Below the pieces are notes generated by a model, which was given only the letters and a program-made list of their open reading frames with translations, made no database searches and had not been told where the DNA came from. This document shows positions 37,760 to 48,287 of a stretch of DNA of 59,846 bases, piece by piece. The stretch comes from a virus (Duplodnaviria; Caudoviricetes). Positions within the stretch are counted from its first letter, which is position 1; each line of letters opens with the position of its first letter. The stretch is from positions 1-59,846 of the IMG/VR virus record IMGVR_UViG_3300037502_002383; one strand, 5' to 3'. The translations under genes and the position numbers were made by a program.

Positions 37760-38871
37760 AGCACTACCTCTCGCGCGCACAGACGCGGGCGGCGTGGGCC
37801 GTAGAGATGCCTGCGGGCGACCCCACCGGTGGGGCCGCCTACGGCGAGCGCAGAGACCCGGTGAGCGCGATCGTGTCCATCGCCACGATGGTTGGCACCG
37901 GCGGGGCGGTGATGGCTGGCACGGCCACACTCATGCAGGGCTTGGCGTTTGCCGGGGCGGCTATCGGTCTTGTCGGCAACGTGACCGGCAACAAGACGCT
38001 GAGCAAGATCGGCATGGTGACCGGCCTTGCCGGTGGTGTCGGCATGCTCGCAGAAGGCGTGCTCGGCACGACGATCGGCGGCACGATGGGTGAGACGTTT
38101 GGCTACGGTGCCGGTGCGGCGCCCGTGGCCAACGCGGGCCCAAGTTTTGCCGCCGACAGCCTGTCGCAGACCGCCAACCCAGCCGCGGCGGTGCAACCCC
38201 CAGTGGTTGACGGCGTGATGCAGGGCGGCGCGCAGACGATGCCGGTTGACCCGGGTTCGGCGGCGCTTACCCGCCCGCTGGACGCCGCTGGTCCGGCTGC
38301 GCAGAACCTCAACGCCGGGCCGGGTGCAGGGGCGCCTAGCCTGAACGCTGGCCCAGGGGCTCCGGCTCCGGGCGCAACCGCACCGCTGGCCAGCACGCCC
38401 GTCGGCGCGGACCCGTTCACCGCCACCACACCCACAGGGCTTCGTGCGCTGCCCGGCGACACGGGGGCCATGTCGCCAGGCTTCCTCGACTCGCTCAAGG
38501 CGGGCAACTACATGGACGCGGCCAAAGCGGCTGGCACCAACCTGATGGACCTGAGCAAGTCCAACCCTGGCGCGGCCATGATGCTGGGCAATGCGGCGTC
38601 TGGTGTGGCCAACTGGCTGAGCGGCAAGACCGACGCAGAGATCGCCGCGCTTGAAGCGCAGACCGGCTACAACAACGCCGCAGCGTTGAGAATCCAAGAA
38701 GTGATTGCGCAAGAGAAGCGCCGGCGCGCCAACCTGAATCAGAGCTGGGCTGGTGTGAACACGCAGATCCGCGCCAACCCGAACGCGCAGGTCACCATGC
38801 CGTGGGCGCAGCAGGCCGCCCCGGCTCCCGCACCCGGCCTGATCGCAGGCGCACGCCCACCTGGCGGTTGA
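37756..38871 (+). CDS. DNA ejection/pilot protein
   Basis: Basic leader, then DPVSAI and Gly/Ala hydrophobic helices. Confidence 0.65.
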   Translation: MKHYLSRAQTRAAWAVEMPAGDPTGGAAYGERRDPVSAIVSIATMVGTGGAVMAGTATLMQGLAFAGAAIGLVGNVTGNKTLSKIGMVTGLAGGVGMLAEGVLGTTIGGTMGETFGYGAGAAPVANAGPSFAADSLSQTANPAAAVQPPVVDGVMQGGAQTMPVDPGSAALTRPLDAAGPAAQNLNAGPGAGAPSLNAGPGAPAPGATAPLASTPVGADPFTATTPTGLRALPGDTGAMSPGFLDSLKAGNYMDAAKAAGTNLMDLSKSNPGAAMMLGNAASGVANWLSGKTDAEIAALEAQTGYNNAAALRIQEVIAQEKRRRANLNQSWAGVNTQIRANPNAQVTMPWAQQAAPAPAPGLIAGARPPGG

Positions 38872-38881
38872 GGAGAAACAC

Positions 38882-39382
38882 ATGGCCACCGGACTCATTC
38901 AAGACGAGATGGCGCGCCCGGAGGGTGAAGAGCTCACCACCGAGGCCGTCACGCAGAACATCCAGATGCCGCCTGAGCTGCAGCGCGCCTACGACCGCGT
39001 GGTCGTGGCGGGCATGAAGATCATGTTCGGCAAGGACTCGCACAAGCTGATGCTCAAGGAGCTGCAGCGCGAAGGCCCTCTTGCGCAGAAGCTTGGGCAA
39101 GGCATCGCCGGCCTGGTGCTGCTGCTTTACAAGGAGTCCAACGGCACGATGCCGCCGGCGGTGATGATCCCTGCCGGGGTGTACTTGACCATGCAGGCGG
39201 TGGACTTCATGCGCCAGGCCGATTTGGAGAAGGTCACGAACCAGGACATCGGCGATGCCATGGAAATCATGGTCAGCACGATCATGGAGAAGTTCGGCGT
39301 TGCGCCGGAGAAGCTCCAGTCGGTGCTGAGCCAGTTCGACAACCAGAACGTGGATGCTGCCGCGCAGCAGATGGGGGTCTGA
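38882..39382 (+). CDS. Hypothetical helical virion protein
   Basis: 166 aa, GAGGAG RBS. Confidence 0.7.
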   Translation: MATGLIQDEMARPEGEELTTEAVTQNIQMPPELQRAYDRVVVAGMKIMFGKDSHKLMLKELQREGPLAQKLGQGIAGLVLLLYKESNGTMPPAVMIPAGVYLTMQAVDFMRQADLEKVTNQDIGDAMEIMVSTIMEKFGVAPEKLQSVLSQFDNQNVDAAAQQMGV

Positions 39383-39383
39383 C

Positions 39384-40190
39384 ATGGGGCTGAGCGGACT
39401 CATCGCCGGCGCGCTGGGCGGCGCGGCCAAAGGCTACACCGAAAACGCCGAGGCAGAGAACAAGAAGCGCATCCAGCTGGACCTGCAAAAGGAGCTGATG
39501 GCGCTGGAGGAGGAGAAGGCTCTGCGCGTGGACGAGGTCCGGCGCAACCGCGACTTCGCCGACAAGAAGCGCGATATCCAGGAACTCGACCCGTTGCGCA
39601 TCCAGTCGAAGGTTGGCGAGACCACGGCTGTCGGTGGCGCCACCACGGACGTCATGGTCGGCCGCGAGGACGCGCTGCGCCCCGGCAAGGCGGCCACTGC
39701 CAGAGCCGAGGCCGATGCCCGTGCCGATGCTGAGCGCGCCGCTCTGGGTGCTTACGCCGGCGATCCCAACGCCCGCGCTGGCACTCGTGCCAAGGCCGCT
39801 GACAGCGAGACGTCTTCGCAGCGGGCAGCCGCCGCGGCGTCTGTTGCCAACGCCAACCTGACCAACCTGTCGATCAAAGAGCGGCAGGCGGTCACCGATC
39901 TGCAGCGAGAGTACGAGAACCCGAACACGAGCGACGCTCGTCGTGCGGAGATCATGCGCTCGCTCACCGTGCGCGGCGTCGTCAAACCTGGCGAGTTCGA
40001 CACGGAGAAGGTCACGACCGAGAGAACGGGCGACGACGGCAGCACGGTCAAGACCGAGCGCACGCAACGGCGCACGGGTGCTTCGGCTCCAGCGGCTCAG
40101 TACAAAGAGGGTGACACCGTGACGCTGAAGAACGGCGGCAAGGGCGTGGTCATCAACGTCGACGGCAAGCTGATGGTCAAACCGCTCTGA
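39384..40190 (+). CDS. Ejection protein (probable)
   Basis: MGLSGLIAGALGGAAKG N-terminus, coiled coil, short C-terminal beta motif. Confidence 0.65.
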   Translation: MGLSGLIAGALGGAAKGYTENAEAENKKRIQLDLQKELMALEEEKALRVDEVRRNRDFADKKRDIQELDPLRIQSKVGETTAVGGATTDVMVGREDALRPGKAATARAEADARADAERAALGAYAGDPNARAGTRAKAADSETSSQRAAAAASVANANLTNLSIKERQAVTDLQREYENPNTSDARRAEIMRSLTVRGVVKPGEFDTEKVTTERTGDDGSTVKTERTQRRTGASAPAAQYKEGDTVTLKNGGKGVVINVDGKLMVKPL

Positions 40191-40200
40191 GGATCCCCTG

Positions 40201-43200
40201 ATGGCCACGTACCTGCCGCTGTCCGAGATCGCTCCGCCCGAGGGCCTGCTCCCGCTGGATCAAGCAGTGGGGCTGTGGACGCCCGAGAAACAGAAGCCTG
40301 AAGGCGCGTTTGCTCGCGCCGGGCGGGTGTTGCAAGATCCTGACGGTGGGGTGCTGCCGGCGGTTGGTTCTCTGATTGCTTCGGCTTTGCCAGAGGGCGG
40401 CGACAAACGCACCGCTGGAGGCTTTGCTGCGGACACTGCGGTGGACGTGACCCGGGGTGTCGTCAGCCTCGGCCAAGGGGTGGTCGGCCTCGGCAACCTC
40501 ATCACGTTCGGCGGCCTGGGCAAGGTGCTGGAGACGGTCGGCTACAGCGGTGACCAGACGCAGCAATTCCTGTCGGGGCTGTACACCGCTGACCGCCAGA
40601 TCGCGCAGCGCAACGTGCAGGAAGCCGAAGGTTTCGTTGACACGCTCAAGGCGCTGGCGGTCAACCCCAGCGAGTTGTTCGGCACCATCGTCCAGGCGGT
40701 GCCCCAGACCGTGGGCGCCGGCGCGGCTGGTGGAGCCATCGTGCGCCAACTGCTGCCGCAAGCCGGCAAGGCTGCTGCCGCAGCCGGATTGGTCGGCGAC
40801 GACGCCACCAAGTTCATCAGCAACTTCGTCGCCAAGCGGGCCGCCGTCGCAGCCGGTGCGACCGAAGGCGCCCTGACCGCGGGCGGCATCGCGGAGTCCG
40901 GGCGCGAGGCCGGCCAGGATTACACGACCTACGCTCCGGCCGCACTGGCTGGCGGAGCATTGACTGCGGCTATTGGCGCGGGCAGCGCAAGCGTGGCACG
41001 CCGCATCGGCTTGGGCGACGTGGAAGCCGACATCGCGATGCGCGGTGCCGGCGTTGCACCGTCTGGCGTGAAGGGTGGCCTGATCAGCCGCACGGCCAAG
41101 GGCGCGCTGCAAGAGGGCGTGTTGGAAGAGGCGCCGCAATCGTTCCAAGAAGAGCTCTTCACCCAGGCTGCCACCGGTCGACCGTTCAACCTGGAGGAGG
41201 CCGGCAGTGCTGCGGCCACCGGCTTGGCGGCCGGCGCGGGCATGGGCGGCTTCAACGCCGCGCTCTCGCGCTCGCGTCCGCCCGAGCAGCCCGCACCCGC
41301 CCCCGCACCGCCGTCCGCACTGCAGGACCTGGCCGACGCCAACACCGAGCTCACCGCTGCGGCGGACGCATACCTGCAGGAGCTGCGCCAGGCGCCGACC
41401 GTTGACCAGGCCATTGAGGCGTTCGGCAAGGCTGCGCAGGTGCCGGTGGCTCCGGCTGAGCTGACCATGGACGAGCGGCTGGCCGCCGCTGAGGCCCCGG
41501 GCCTGCTCGGCCGTCAGCTCGACATCCAGCGCCAGCTCGATCAAGCCGCCGGCTTGGACGTCGCGCCGACCGCTGAGCGTCCTACAGCCCCGGCGCTCGC
41601 GCCCCTGCCGCAGCCCGCGGCTCAGCGCAACATGGAGCTGATGGGCCAAGCTGCGCAGGCCGGCACGGAGTTCGAGCGCCAGCAGGCGCTTGAGCAGGCC
41701 AAGGTCTCGCTGCCCACTCCGGCACCGGGCCCGGCCGCGCGCTACGCCGACCTCACACCGATGGACGCGCGCCAGGCGCAGCAGCGGCTGACCGTGCTGC
41801 AGGAGCAGACCGGCACCCCGCTGAGCTTGGAGATCGTCCCGCACCCGGCGCAGAAGGAGCGCTTTGCGATCGGCCGGCGCGAGCTGCCGGTCAGCGCCGC
41901 CGACCTGGAGATGCCGGACCTGCGCGCCCCTGTGGCGCCTGCGCAAGCCCAGGCGCAGATCGAGTCTGCAGCCCTGGCCGGCAAGGAGGTGCAGCGCCGC
42001 GCAGAGGACGCGCCGCGCCAGCAGATGATCAGCCGGGCGATGGCCAACATCGAAGCCCGCGGCGGAGTGGCCTCGCCCTACGAGGCGGAGCTGCTGCGCT
42101 CGGCCAACCTGGGCCAGCCGTACAACAGCATTGATCCGAACCTTGGCCGCCCGGCTTCTCAGGACCAGCTGCTGACCGCAGCCACCGGCATCTCGGTTGG
42201 CTCCGAGGCGGGCCTGGGCTACGGCGCCCGGTCCTCGACCACCGTGCCCCCGGCTCCTGCGCCGTTCGCGTACACCCCTGACGCACAGGGCCGCAAGCGC
42301 GCCGAGCCGGCGGAGCAAGCTGCGCCGGAGGTCGACATCGTCGGCACGTTCGTGCAGCAGATGCGCGAGACCAACACGCCCGCAGCCCGGGCGTTCGTGC
42401 AAGACTTCGAGGCCGGGCGGATCTCGCCGGCTGAGGTGCAAAGCGCGCTGGACATCCAGCGTGGTCTGCCGCCCAGCTCGCAAGAGCGCATCGAGGGTGC
42501 GGCCGCAGCAGCGCCGGCGCCCGCCACGCCGACCGGCGTGCAGGTGGAGACGTCCAGCGCCAGAGTCGAGAACCCCGCACTGCGCGAGGCAGTGGAGCTG
42601 TACGGCAACCGCCCGCTCACGCAGCAAGACCTGACGGTGGAGGGCGCCACAGCGCGCATCGCTCGCGCCGGCCAGCAGGCTCCGGCACCGCAGGTCACGG
42701 CAAGCGGCATTGAGATCGCCCAGAGCGAAGACCTGACGCCGCGCGGGGCGTTCCGCGGGCGCAACGAGGCGATCCGTGCCGGCAATAACCTGCCGAGGCC
42801 GACGATGGTCGGCGGCCGCCGTGCCGCGTCGCTCACGGACGCTGATCTGCAGCAGACGGCCAACGACATGGGCCTGCCGGCCATCACTCGCCGCGGCGCT
42901 CAGATCGAGCTGCTGGCGCGCCAACAGACCGAGCGGGCAGCTGCCCCCGCCCAGCCGGCGGCTGACGATGTCAGTGCGCGTCTGCAGGCCGCTGCGGCTC
43001 AAGCCACCAAGCCGCTGGACCAGCCTGCGCCGGGGCGCATCATCACCTCTGGGGTGAAGATGTCCACCGCTCGGGCGGCGGTGCCGGGTAGCACGCTGAC
43101 CGTCAACGACCAGGGCACCGACCACCAGCTTCGCGTAGTGGACAGCTCCACGCTCGGCGAGCCGGGCAAGATGATCCAGCAGGTGGCTCGGATCTTCGGC

Positions 43201-46200
43201 AAGAAGGTGGTCGTGTTCGAGTCCGACACCGCGCAGGTGGACGGCTTCGTGCAGGACAACGACGACTCCACGATCTACCTGAGCGCGAAGTCCAGCATCT
43301 CGCCGCTGGCGGTGTTCGGCCACGAGCTCACGCACCTGATCAAGCGCGACAGCCCCGAGGCCTACAGCGCGTTGGAGGCGGTGGTCAGGGCCAACCTGAA
43401 GCCTGAGGGCATGGCCGGGTTCGAGCAAGACTACGGCCAGGGCGCGAACCTGGAGGAGCTCGCCAGCGATCTGGTGGGCAACCGGTTCCAGGAGGCCGAC
43501 TTCTGGAACGGCGTGTTCGAGGACATCGCTGCCAAGAACCCCGAGCAGTCGCGCGGCATCATCACCCGGCTGGCCGCGTCGGTGAACAAGGCGGTCAACG
43601 CCTTCATCCGCGTGGTGCGCGGCCAGACGTTCAACGCTGACCAGTACGTCAAGGACCTGACCGCGGTGAAGGCCGCGGTGCGCACCGCAGTAAGCCAGTA
43701 CGCGCAGCAGCGCCGCGAGCCGGCCATGCGGCTGGACGCCGAGCTCATGCGTCAGGAGAGCCAGGTCGACTTGACCGCGGGCTCTCGCATGCCCGCGAGC
43801 GCAAGTGTGGCTGGCGAAACGGCAGAGCCGATGGGCATCACGGCAAGCGCGACTCGCGCAGCGCCGGACAGCGCCGCTGCTGAGAACCGGATGGCGATTG
43901 TCGTCGGCGCCAAGCCGGGCGAGTTCAACTGGAACTTCACCCGCTCGGACCTGACGCCGCCCCCGTTCACCGCGCCAACTCAGTACGGACCACGCTTGGA
44001 GAAGATCGGCGAAGGCGTCTACGAGATCCTGCGCTCCAACGGGTTCAAGAAACTGGCTGAGGAAGCGTTCGGGATCAAGGGGCTGCGGGTGGCCCCGCTG
44101 CACGGGTCTTGGTTGAACAAGCCGGAGCCCAGCTTTGCGCTGTACGCAGAAGGGCTGACGTTCGAGCAGGCCGACGATCTGTCGAAGATGCTGGGCTTTG
44201 CCTTCGCGCAAGACGCGACGGTTGTCTTCCAGCCTACTTCTCAAGAGTCGCCTGGAGAGATACCTGCGGTCTACATCGGCGGCAAGAAGAAACTCACCGA
44301 TGAGCAGATGAAAGCAGTGCTATCATCTGCTCAGGCAGAGGGTATTGACTACAGCTCGACTGCCGACGGCAAAGCGGTTCGTTTCCTGCACTTTGGAGAT
44401 GATGCCGGCTTAGCTGAGCTGATGCAGAAGACGGCTCGCATTGCGAGTAATGCCGGTCTTGGCGCACCGAGGGTGGTCTACGTAAGGAGCCAGTTGAATG
44501 AAGCGGACAGCTATACCAAGGGAACGGGTGGAAGCGCTGGCCAAGCAGTATGGCTTGGAAGTGGCGAAGCCGGACGACCCGGTCTATTCCGAAGGACCGT
44601 CGATCATGTTCTCGTCCCGTACGCAAAAGTCGTCGGAGGCGAAGGTTATCGATTTGCCGTATCGCGATTTGCCCAGCGATTCGGACTCTCAGCAGAACAG
44701 CAAGGACTGATTCGCCAGGCGCTGCTGCCCAAGAGCGGCGCCGACAAGGCAACCATTGACGTTGCCTCGGGCAAGGTCAAGCTCGACATTAAGCCCACCG
44801 GGGCCCGAAACAAGATCTCGGTTTCCGACATTCTCTGGGCGCTCCAGAACCGCTCCGCGCAAGCCGGCCTCATTGAGCCGGGCGACTACAGCGACCAAGC
44901 CCGCAAGCTGATTGCTGAAGCAATTGCGGAAGAAGTTCTTCACAACATCAATGACACGTCAACCGGCAAGTCCGCCATCGGCTGGTACGACCGTGCGCTG
45001 AAGGCTGCCAAAGAGAAGTACGCGGCAATCTTCCCTGAGCTCAAGACTGATCGCAATCGCGAGCTCGTGTTTGATGCGGTGCTTGGCATCACCAGCCAGG
45101 GCAACGACGTCTTCAGCAACTCGTTGTTTGCGGGCCGCGTCTACGAGATGACCACTCGTCAGAACATGACCCTGGGGCAAGCCGTTGCCGCGCTCAAGGG
45201 CACGTTCGGCGGCGAGACCGTGGCAATCGAGAACAACATCCTCAAGCTGGAGGAGTTGATCAACCGCAACGGCTACGACGCCATGCGCAAGTTCTTCAAT
45301 AAGAAAGACACGGTCTCCAACATCAACGCTAAGCTGCGAGCAGATTCGACCCTGTTCTACAAGAACAAACCCCTCTCGGTTGACGGCGCCGCAGATCAGC
45401 GGGTCACCGGTTGGATGGTGTTTGGGCCAAAGATCGGCTCGTTCATCAACAACCTGCACGGCGACTACAGCACCCTGACCGCAGACCTGTGGTTCAGCCG
45501 CACCTGGAACCGGATTCTCGGATTCTCGTTTGTGCATGCTCCGGCTCGCGAGGCCGAGCAGTACCAGACGTTCGTGTCTGCTCTGCTTGCCGAGTACGGA
45601 TTTGCCAAAGACAGAGAAGGCCCGATCCAACCCAAGCGAATCAGCAAGACCGGCGAAGCGGAAATGCCGGAGTTCGGAACGGACGCAGCTGATCTGACAG
45701 ACGCAGAGGTTGAGCAGATCGTTGCCGACCCCGACGCCGCGCTGAACTACGCAACGGAGCTCGAAGCGATCTACCGCAAGGGTGGCTACAAGGCCAAGAC
45801 GGATCTGCGCCGCGCTGCCAAGAACTGGATCGAGAACCGCACAGACCCCGTTGCGTTGCCGCGTACCGACTGGGAGCGAGACTTCCAGCAGCGCACTGTT
45901 GAGACAGCTCAGAAAATCATCAAGCGCCGAACTGGCCAAGAAATCACCATCGCCGACATACAAGCCGCGCTTTGGTACTACGAGAAGGACAACTTGTTCA
46001 AGCTGCTGGGTGGCACGAACAAGAAGAGCGAGGCTGCGGACTACGCAGGGGCGGCCGATGAAACTCTGAGGGCGTACCAAGCTGGGGACCTCTTCTACGC
46101 CAAGACTGACGACCGGTACGTGTTCGGCAGCAAGGGCAGCTACCGGGTGCAGGCATCGCGCTCAAGAGAACGCGCCGCAACCGACATTCCGCTGGCAGAA

Positions 46201-46347
46201 TTGCGCGGCCGCAAGGTCGCCATGCAGGTTCGCGTCGAGTCCACCGGCGAGACCGGCACGCTGACCATGGACGCCGGCGATTCGCTCACCGACATCAACG
46301 AGCGAGAGACCGCCATGCAACGCCTGCTGGAGTGCGTGCGCAAATGA
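40201..46347 (+). CDS. Giant polyvalent ejection protein (2048 aa)
   Basis: Gly/Ala helical N-region with EGVLEEAPQ, zincin-like HELTH (43321-43335) and C-terminal cargo domains. Confidence 0.8.
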   Translation: MATYLPLSEIAPPEGLLPLDQAVGLWTPEKQKPEGAFARAGRVLQDPDGGVLPAVGSLIASALPEGGDKRTAGGFAADTAVDVTRGVVSLGQGVVGLGNLITFGGLGKVLETVGYSGDQTQQFLSGLYTADRQIAQRNVQEAEGFVDTLKALAVNPSELFGTIVQAVPQTVGAGAAGGAIVRQLLPQAGKAAAAAGLVGDDATKFISNFVAKRAAVAAGATEGALTAGGIAESGREAGQDYTTYAPAALAGGALTAAIGAGSASVARRIGLGDVEADIAMRGAGVAPSGVKGGLISRTAKGALQEGVLEEAPQSFQEELFTQAATGRPFNLEEAGSAAATGLAAGAGMGGFNAALSRSRPPEQPAPAPAPPSALQDLADANTELTAAADAYLQELRQAPTVDQAIEAFGKAAQVPVAPAELTMDERLAAAEAPGLLGRQLDIQRQLDQAAGLDVAPTAERPTAPALAPLPQPAAQRNMELMGQAAQAGTEFERQQALEQAKVSLPTPAPGPAARYADLTPMDARQAQQRLTVLQEQTGTPLSLEIVPHPAQKERFAIGRRELPVSAADLEMPDLRAPVAPAQAQAQIESAALAGKEVQRRAEDAPRQQMISRAMANIEARGGVASPYEAELLRSANLGQPYNSIDPNLGRPASQDQLLTAATGISVGSEAGLGYGARSSTTVPPAPAPFAYTPDAQGRKRAEPAEQAAPEVDIVGTFVQQMRETNTPAARAFVQDFEAGRISPAEVQSALDIQRGLPPSSQERIEGAAAAAPAPATPTGVQVETSSARVENPALREAVELYGNRPLTQQDLTVEGATARIARAGQQAPAPQVTASGIEIAQSEDLTPRGAFRGRNEAIRAGNNLPRPTMVGGRRAASLTDADLQQTANDMGLPAITRRGAQIELLARQQTERAAAPAQPAADDVSARLQAAAAQATKPLDQPAPGRIITSGVKMSTARAAVPGSTLTVNDQGTDHQLRVVDSSTLGEPGKMIQQVARIFGKKVVVFESDTAQVDGFVQDNDDSTIYLSAKSSISPLAVFGHELTHLIKRDSPEAYSALEAVVRANLKPEGMAGFEQDYGQGANLEELASDLVGNRFQEADFWNGVFEDIAAKNPEQSRGIITRLAASVNKAVNAFIRVVRGQTFNADQYVKDLTAVKAAVRTAVSQYAQQRREPAMRLDAELMRQESQVDLTAGSRMPASASVAGETAEPMGITASATRAAPDSAAAENRMAIVVGAKPGEFNWNFTRSDLTPPPFTAPTQYGPRLEKIGEGVYEILRSNGFKKLAEEAFGIKGLRVAPLHGSWLNKPEPSFALYAEGLTFEQADDLSKMLGFAFAQDATVVFQPTSQESPGEIPAVYIGGKKKLTDEQMKAVLSSAQAEGIDYSSTADGKAVRFLHFGDDAGLAELMQKTARIASNAGLGAPRVVYVRSQLNEADSYTKGTGGSAGQAVWLGSGEAGRPGLFRRTVDHVLVPYAKVVGGEGYRFAVSRFAQRFGLSAEQQGLIRQALLPKSGADKATIDVASGKVKLDIKPTGARNKISVSDILWALQNRSAQAGLIEPGDYSDQARKLIAEAIAEEVLHNINDTSTGKSAIGWYDRALKAAKEKYAAIFPELKTDRNRELVFDAVLGITSQGNDVFSNSLFAGRVYEMTTRQNMTLGQAVAALKGTFGGETVAIENNILKLEELINRNGYDAMRKFFNKKDTVSNINAKLRADSTLFYKNKPLSVDGAADQRVTGWMVFGPKIGSFINNLHGDYSTLTADLWFSRTWNRILGFSFVHAPAREAEQYQTFVSALLAEYGFAKDREGPIQPKRISKTGEAEMPEFGTDAADLTDAEVEQIVADPDAALNYATELEAIYRKGGYKAKTDLRRAAKNWIENRTDPVALPRTDWERDFQQRTVETAQKIIKRRTGQEITIADIQAALWYYEKDNLFKLLGGTNKKSEAADYAGAADETLRAYQAGDLFYAKTDDRYVFGSKGSYRVQASRSRERAATDIPLAELRGRKVAMQVRVESTGETGTLTMDAGDSLTDINERETAMQRLLECVRK
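44498..44710 (+). CDS. Overprinted 70-aa ORF inside the giant gene
   Basis: TAAGGAG (44483-44489) 8 nt before ATG; protein-like sequence (PDDPVYSEGPSIMF). Confidence 0.5.
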   Translation: MKRTAIPRERVEALAKQYGLEVAKPDDPVYSEGPSIMFSSRTQKSSEAKVIDLPYRDLPSDSDSQQNSKD

Positions 46348-46712
46348 AGACCGTCAAGGACCTCACCGAGCTCAAGCAACTCGCGCTCAGCCGAGGCGCG
46401 ACCGTTGAGGTCGGCGCGTCGCGCTACAACACCACCGGCGAGCGCGTGAAAGCGTTCCCCAAGCCCACTCCAGCGCCGGCGCCTGTCACGCCAGAGCCGG
46501 TCAAGGCGGAGCCCGCGCCAGCGCCAGCGCCGATGCCCGCGCCGCAGATCACCGTGGACCTGCAGCCTGTGGCGCAGGCGCAAGAACGCATGGCACAAAT
46601 GTTCGCCCAAGCGATCTCGTCGATGCCAAAATCCGCGCGCGAGTGGATGTTCACGGTGGAGCGAGACGCCAACGGTCTGCTCTCCTCCATCCGGGCCACT
46701 GCGAAGGACTGA
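46344..46712 (+). CDS. Pro-linker protein with C-terminal WxFTVERDANG motif
   Basis: ATGA overlap with the giant gene. Confidence 0.7.
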   Translation: MKTVKDLTELKQLALSRGATVEVGASRYNTTGERVKAFPKPTPAPAPVTPEPVKAEPAPAPAPMPAPQITVDLQPVAQAQERMAQMFAQAISSMPKSAREWMFTVERDANGLLSSIRATAKD

Positions 46713-46715
46713 CCC

Positions 46716-48287
46716 GTGGCCGCAGCCTCCTACACCACCGACCTGGTCGACTGGATTCTTGACTCCGACACCACGGCGTGGACGGAGCTGACCAACGCCA
46801 CCAGCGGTGGCGCACCGGACGAGGTGGACACCGAGTCGGCGCTGCAAGGCACGAATTCGTGCTCGCAGATCACCAACACCACCGCGCTGTGTTCGCTAAT
46901 TCGCATTTTGGCGACACCGATCACATTGTCTGCGGGGCAGGTGTTTCTGATGTGGCACGGTCACGGCGTAGCAACGGCGTTGCAGTCGTATGCCAACGGC
47001 GGACTACGCACAGTGGTGTCGGGCAACGCAGTCGGCAACTGGAAAGCATGGAGCGTGGGCGGCAACGACGTAGCCCCGTTCCCGTATGCCAAGTGGGTCA
47101 ACAGCCCCATTGACCCCACCGTCACCGCTGACTACACCAACGGCACGCCGCCCACCGGTGCGACCAACATCTACGGCGTCGGGTCCATGTGCATCCTCAC
47201 GCAGCCGGTGGCTCGGGGCCAGCCGCACATCGTGGACATCATTCGCTACGGTCGGGCTGAGGCCCGCATCAACGGCGGAGACCTTGCCAATGGCTACGCC
47301 ACCTTTGGCGATTTTGCGGCACAGAACGACACCTCAGCCAACCGCTGGGGGTTAATTCAGTCTGTCACGGGCGGCTATCAGTGGAAGGGCCTGATGGTGT
47401 TAGGCCACGCCAGCGCGGTGGACTTCCGCGACTCCAACACCGCACTTTTTGTGCAGGACTGCCGCAAGGTCACGGCCACCTTCAACAAGATCGAGGTGCG
47501 CCAAGCCGGTAGTAGGGTGGACTGGACCAACATCTCGATCACTAACTCGTCACCAACCACCAACGTCTCGCCCGGTGACTTTGAGGCCATCGACGACGCG
47601 GACATCAACTTCACGGGATGCACGTTTACCGACATGGGGACGTGGATTTTTAAGCCCAACAGCACCATCAACGACGTCACCTTTCGCCGCTGTGGCCGCG
47701 TCACGCTGGGCGGAGCGACGATGAGCGACTGCGTCATTACTCGCAGCACGGCCACCACGGCGCTGCTGGCGGGGTCGTCGGTCAGCACGCTGTCCAACAC
47801 CAGCTTCACGTCAGCCGGCACCGGCCACGCCATCGAGATCACGGGCGGCACGACCCACACGCTCAACGGTCTGACCTTCAGCGGCTACGCCGCCAGCAAC
47901 GGCAGCACCGGCAACGAGGCGGTCTACGTCAACATCGCCAGCGGCAACGTCACGATCAACTCGGACAGCGCCATCAGCGTGCGCACCGCAGGCGCCACGG
48001 TCACCGTGGTGGCGGGCCAGAAAACCCTGACCGTCACGGGCATCGTCAGCGGCTCTGACGTGGTCATCCTGACTGCCGGCACTGACACCGTGCTGGCCAT
48101 CAACGACGGCGCCACCAACCCCGTCACCAGCTTCGCCTACAGCTACACCTACAGCGCCGGCGTCAACGTGGACGTGGCCGTCTACAAGGCCGGGTACGTG
48201 CCCTACATCGTGCGCAACTACCTGCTGGAGAACGGCAACGCCTCGCTGCCGGTGGCGCAGGTGGTCGACAGGAACTACACACCATGA
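46716..48287 (+). CDS. Beta-rich structural protein with beta-helix-like segment
   Basis: NFTGCTFT / INDVTFRRC / MSDCVIT / LSNTSFT rungs; Ig-like C-terminus. Confidence 0.7.
   Translation: MAAASYTTDLVDWILDSDTTAWTELTNATSGGAPDEVDTESALQGTNSCSQITNTTALCSLIRILATPITLSAGQVFLMWHGHGVATALQSYANGGLRTVVSGNAVGNWKAWSVGGNDVAPFPYAKWVNSPIDPTVTADYTNGTPPTGATNIYGVGSMCILTQPVARGQPHIVDIIRYGRAEARINGGDLANGYATFGDFAAQNDTSANRWGLIQSVTGGYQWKGLMVLGHASAVDFRDSNTALFVQDCRKVTATFNKIEVRQAGSRVDWTNISITNSSPTTNVSPGDFEAIDDADINFTGCTFTDMGTWIFKPNSTINDVTFRRCGRVTLGGATMSDCVITRSTATTALLAGSSVSTLSNTSFTSAGTGHAIEITGGTTHTLNGLTFSGYAASNGSTGNEAVYVNIASGNVTINSDSAISVRTAGATVTVVAGQKTLTVTGIVSGSDVVILTAGTDTVLAINDGATNPVTSFAYSYTYSAGVNVDVAVYKAGYVPYIVRNYLLENGNASLPVAQVVDRNYTP

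Noticed and set aside
40177-44244. 1355-aa minus-strand ORF and similar long antisense ORFs (e.g. 25923..27791, 18042..19547)
   Set aside because: These are shadows of high-GC codon bias opposite clear genes, with no motifs.
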